Below are positions 60,650 to 64,000 of a stretch of 64,000 nt of DNA, piece after piece. The stretch lies in the NCBI GenBank assembly GCA_001179505.1, contig CDMY01000242.1, forward strand, positions 1 to 64,000, read 5' to 3'. The position numbers and the translations under genes were made by a program. Within the stretch, counting starts at the first letter, position 1. Each line of letters begins with the position of its first letter. The notes under the pieces are model-generated. The model saw only the letters and a list, made by a program, of their open reading frames with translations. It did no database searches and was not told where the DNA came from. The DNA comes from Vitrella brassicaformis CCMP3155 (Eukaryota > Protista > Chromerida).

Positions 60650-62658
60650 TCACCTGCGCATATGCCACACCTCCAATTCCTTGCAGGTGAAACGGAGCTT
60701 CTTGTTGGCGAGAGTCCCCCGGTCCTGGTGATTGGTCTGCCCCTTGTATCCATCGGGCAGCTCGTCCCTCCCGAGCCACTGCTGGCAGCTGCTGAGGTCG
60801 GCCGCTGGACCAGGCACGGCGAAGCCCAGCCACAGAGCTGCTGCACCGCCACCGATGCCCACATTGGCGAGCGGTTCGTCCTCGGTGTCCTTCACCACTC
60901 CCTGTGTGCCGGCCAAATTCACCCACTGACTGTCCTCCGGCATCTCGATCTTGGTCGGCGCGTCATACGCGCCGGACAGCGAAAAGAAGAAGACGGGCGC
61001 CTTGTAGCAGTTGGTCTCTGTGGGGTCAGCAGGTGGTGTGAGTGGGCCATCGATGAAGGCCCCGAAGCGGTGTGTGTCACCATCTCGGAGGGCAAACAGC
61101 AGGCCGCTCTTGCCGTTTACCTTCTGCAGGAAAGGGCCATACGCGAACGTATCACGACTCGACCTGACCAACAAACACACACCAGGATGGGTAATGGCTG
61201 AGTGCCCATCCCCCTCTATCTGTGAGGCTCTCTTACTTGTAGACCAGTGTAGGCGTGGCTGCATTCTTGCCGGTCATGGCGACCACCCTGCCCCACTCCT
61301 CGGCTGACTTGGCGACGTACTCATGGCCGTCGGCAGGCCGGCGGCAGTAGGGCTGATACTTGAAACCATACATCTCCTGACACACATACGGCAACAGCCA
61401 CACATGCATGACCCCACACACGCACAACCATGAAGAGCTGCTCCCGGGTGGTGAATCGTCACTGCTGTTCGCCTCACCGTGTCCTCAATGAAGTGGCGCA
61501 TCTTCCCTTGCTCGACCAGTGGAGGACGGATGAGCTGTCCGGGGGGCAGTGTGGCGATGCGACGGGCAAAGTCCACGATCTTGACGAAATGCCTTGCCGG
61601 TGTCTTGTCGACCTGACGGCCGTCCCAGCAGGGCGGAGTCCTGATAAGACAAAAACAGTCAAGAAACCCGTGAAAACCAATTCCAGCCTCCCGTGGCCTT
61701 GTATGACATTGTCTCGTACGTGGAGAAGCGTGTGAGAAGGGGGTGGTCCGGCCCCAGCCGCATCAACGTTTTGCGCATCACCGACACGGGGCGGCCCACG
61801 TTGTCCGTCAGAGTCAGCACCTGACTCTCGCCGCCGTCTTGACTGGCGAAGAACGGCTCCATGGCCGTCAGGAACCGCTTGATCTCGTCACGCACCAGCT
61901 CCAGTCCCTTGTAAGCCTTGGCGTGTGTACGAAGGGCATATTCGTATGCCCTCACTGACCGCTGGATGGCCGTGTCCACATCATCTGTCGCACCCCCGCT
62001 CTCGCCATCGCCTCCCCCGCCGTCGGAATCTGCCGTCGGCTCCACACTGGCACTGGCGGCAGCCGGCCCCGCGTGGCTGTAGCAGTGGATCTCTTGCATG
62101 AAGAGGGCGTGATAGTCGCTCGATGAGGGGTCGGCGCGCTTGCTGGACACATGCAGCTCGACGCGGTTGGTGCGGCCCGTCTTGTAGAGCGTCAGCTCGT
62201 CCAGGAAGGCCTCGAAATATGCCGGTGAGACCTCCAGGTAGACGCGGCCATTCTCATCTCGCGGCAGGCCGTTCGCGTGATGCATCAGCAGGACAGAGAT
62301 GTACTTGCGCACCATGGCGGGCATCAGCAAGGCTTGACGACTGACGGGGAACACGGTGCCACCTGTTGTTTGCGAAAGGGCACACAGAGAGGGCGCAGTG
62401 ATGAGTGCATCCCTCTATTCCTTTGTCTGTGTGTGCTGTGTACCTACCTGCATTGACTTGGATCTCGCCGTCGGTCTCATCAAGCTTCCACACGCCGCCC
62501 CGGGCTGACACCATGCCCGAGATCTCGTCGGTGATGGCCTTCACATCGCTTCCCGCCTTGGTTGTGTCAGCGATGGCCTGCTGTGTGACTCTATTGAGTG
62601 AGTCAGAAGAGGTGCGAACGAGACGGTCAGCCTTCTCACAGCCCAAAAGGCTGCTCAT
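60650..62658 (-). CDS. BTB(KCTD-type)-TLDc paralogue D, apparently intact
   Basis: All exons stitch in frame: MSSLLG...EIQVNAG|GTVFPVSRQALL...LEVSPAYFEAFLDEL...|TPPCWDG...FIEDT|EMYGFKYQPY...LVYK|SSRDTF...RFGAFIDG...FFFSL...FTCKELEVWHMRR*. Confidence 0.85.
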
Positions 62659-62689
62659 GATGCCCAGATCTCCTCGCCGTTTTGAGCCA

Positions 62690-62698
62690 TGCGAGCTT
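62690..62698 (+). promoter_or_regulatory. TGCGAGCTT motif in the 92-bp divergent spacer
   Basis: Seen directly (caTGCGAGCTTaaaa). Confidence 0.5.
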
Positions 62699-62750
62699 AA
62701 AACGTTTCATCGCGCTGCCTGTCAGTTTCCCTCCCCCACGATTCATCGCA

Positions 62751-64000
62751 ATGATGAGCGCTCCTGACCACTACGAGCATCCTCGCGAACTCTCGAGTGC
62801 TCTTCTCCTCTCTCTCCCCACCTTTGTAGCGCCCCCAAATGCCTTTCGTCGCTACGCCGATCAGCTACAAGTGGAACTTCTCGACAGAGTCAGGCTCCTG
62901 GACAGCATCAAGGTGGCAGTGCCAAGTGCATGCGATAGAACGAATTCACTTGATCGGCAACCCATGAAAATGTCTCCTGATTTGTCGATTGTCGTGCAGG
63001 TTGCGGACTTGGAGCGTGGTCACTTTCACGTGACTCTGGCCGACACACAGGGGCCGCTGACTCTGGCCATCACCACCGACACGCACACACTCTTGACTCT
63101 CTCGCTCTGGGCGGGCGGCACTACTCTTCTGGGCCTCTCGTCGCCATTTGGGGCGGCCGGTGCTGCAATGGGTCATTCGAGGCCGTTTCGCTTCAAGTTG
63201 GCAGATCATGTGAAGGATGGATGGCTGTGCGTGCGGGAAGGGCAGCACGACGTTGCAGTCACGGACGAATCACTCAAGGCAGACGCAAGTGGTGAGTGAG
63301 TGAGTGGGAGACATTCGGCCACGCAGCCTGTTCATTCACTGGTGTCTCTTGTTAGCAGCAGCAGCCCCTGGCGGCGACAACGATGGCTTTCGCATTCACA
63401 TGCTAATGGCGGTGTTGCCGTCTTCGAAGGTATGTCTCTTTGTGTGGCTATCCATTGACCAAGGTATATGTGCGCTTGTGGATACAGCTGTCAAAGCACA
63501 GGATGAGATATTGCATCGAGGAGTTCAAGAACATATCCATTCAGGTGCGGCACACATGCATATGTACGTACGATCTGATGCGTGATATCGACTTTTGTCT
63601 GTCCGATTGGTATTCAGGCGCGTACCAGTGACCTAATCAAGGGTCTCACCCAGGTGAGACACTCATATCTGTTCACTCAATAGGCAGACATGTCTGTGTT
63701 CTGTCTCCTTGAATCATTCAGCCCATCTTTGACTCCCTCTCCCCTGTCCGCACCGGTGCCACCGGGCGCACATACAGCTCCCTCAGCATCAACAGCTTTC
63801 TGCCGCCGTCCTTTCCGCCTTCTCGAGAAGCATCACCCACATCTCGAAGTGAAACTATTTCCATGCTGTCAGTACCATCTGTGCCCGAGGCGCCTGCCGC
63901 TGAGGAGGAGGAGGAGGAGGAGGAGGAGGAGGAGAAGGAGGAGACGGCCGTAGACGCATCGCCTTACAGCCATGTGGTCGCTGTTGGTGGGCCGCGGACG
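62751..64000 (+). CDS. 5' part of a multi-exon hypothetical protein (runs off the window end), with a poly-Glu tract at about 63900
   Basis: MSAPDHYEHPRELSSALLL...LLDSIK|VADLERGHFHVTL...|...MLMAVLPSSK|LSKHRMRYCIEEFKNISIQ|ARTSDLIKGLTQ|...PEAPAAEEEEEEEE. GT-AG boundaries. No family recognised. Confidence 0.55.

Noticed and set aside
1-64000. tRNA, rRNA, snRNA genes and autonomous mobile elements
   Set aside because: None recognised by eye. tRNAscan-SE, Infernal and RepeatModeler would be needed to exclude them.

Overview
Eukaryotic, GC-rich and very intron-dense DNA whose introns are filled with (CA)/(GT)/(GACA)/(CCAT) microsatellites. Gene content and style best fit a chromerid alveolate such as Vitrella brassicaformis (inference). 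By manual exon stitching I can support these genes: PEX11, two multi-KH RNA-binding proteins, a YebC/TACO1 protein with a bipartite (plastid-type) leader, a SCAMP-like membrane protein, the DNA polymerase epsilon catalytic subunit (about 11.7 kb, with two GC-AG introns), an SC35/SCL-type SR protein, a two-HMG-box protein, a small protein resembling a Toxoplasma lineage-specific ATP synthase subunit (ATPTG12-like, from memory), a BTB protein, and several unassigned multi-exon genes. There are also two copies of a lineage-expanded family starting MGNxxT, and four BTB(KCTD-type)-TLDc paralogues, three of which are frameshifted in this assembly and which look like mosaics of each other. Most notable observations: (1) almost every gene sits in a compact head-to-head pair, and a TGCGAGCTT-type motif recurs in those spacers; (2) the decaying, shuffled BTB-TLDc family, with one copy fused to a transporter-like fragment; (3) polarised AC-rich 5' and GT-rich 3' intron repeats that could base-pair. 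I saw no rRNA, tRNA, CRISPR array or recognisable transposase. There are three 300-N assembly gaps. All exon boundaries were read by eye and are approximate.
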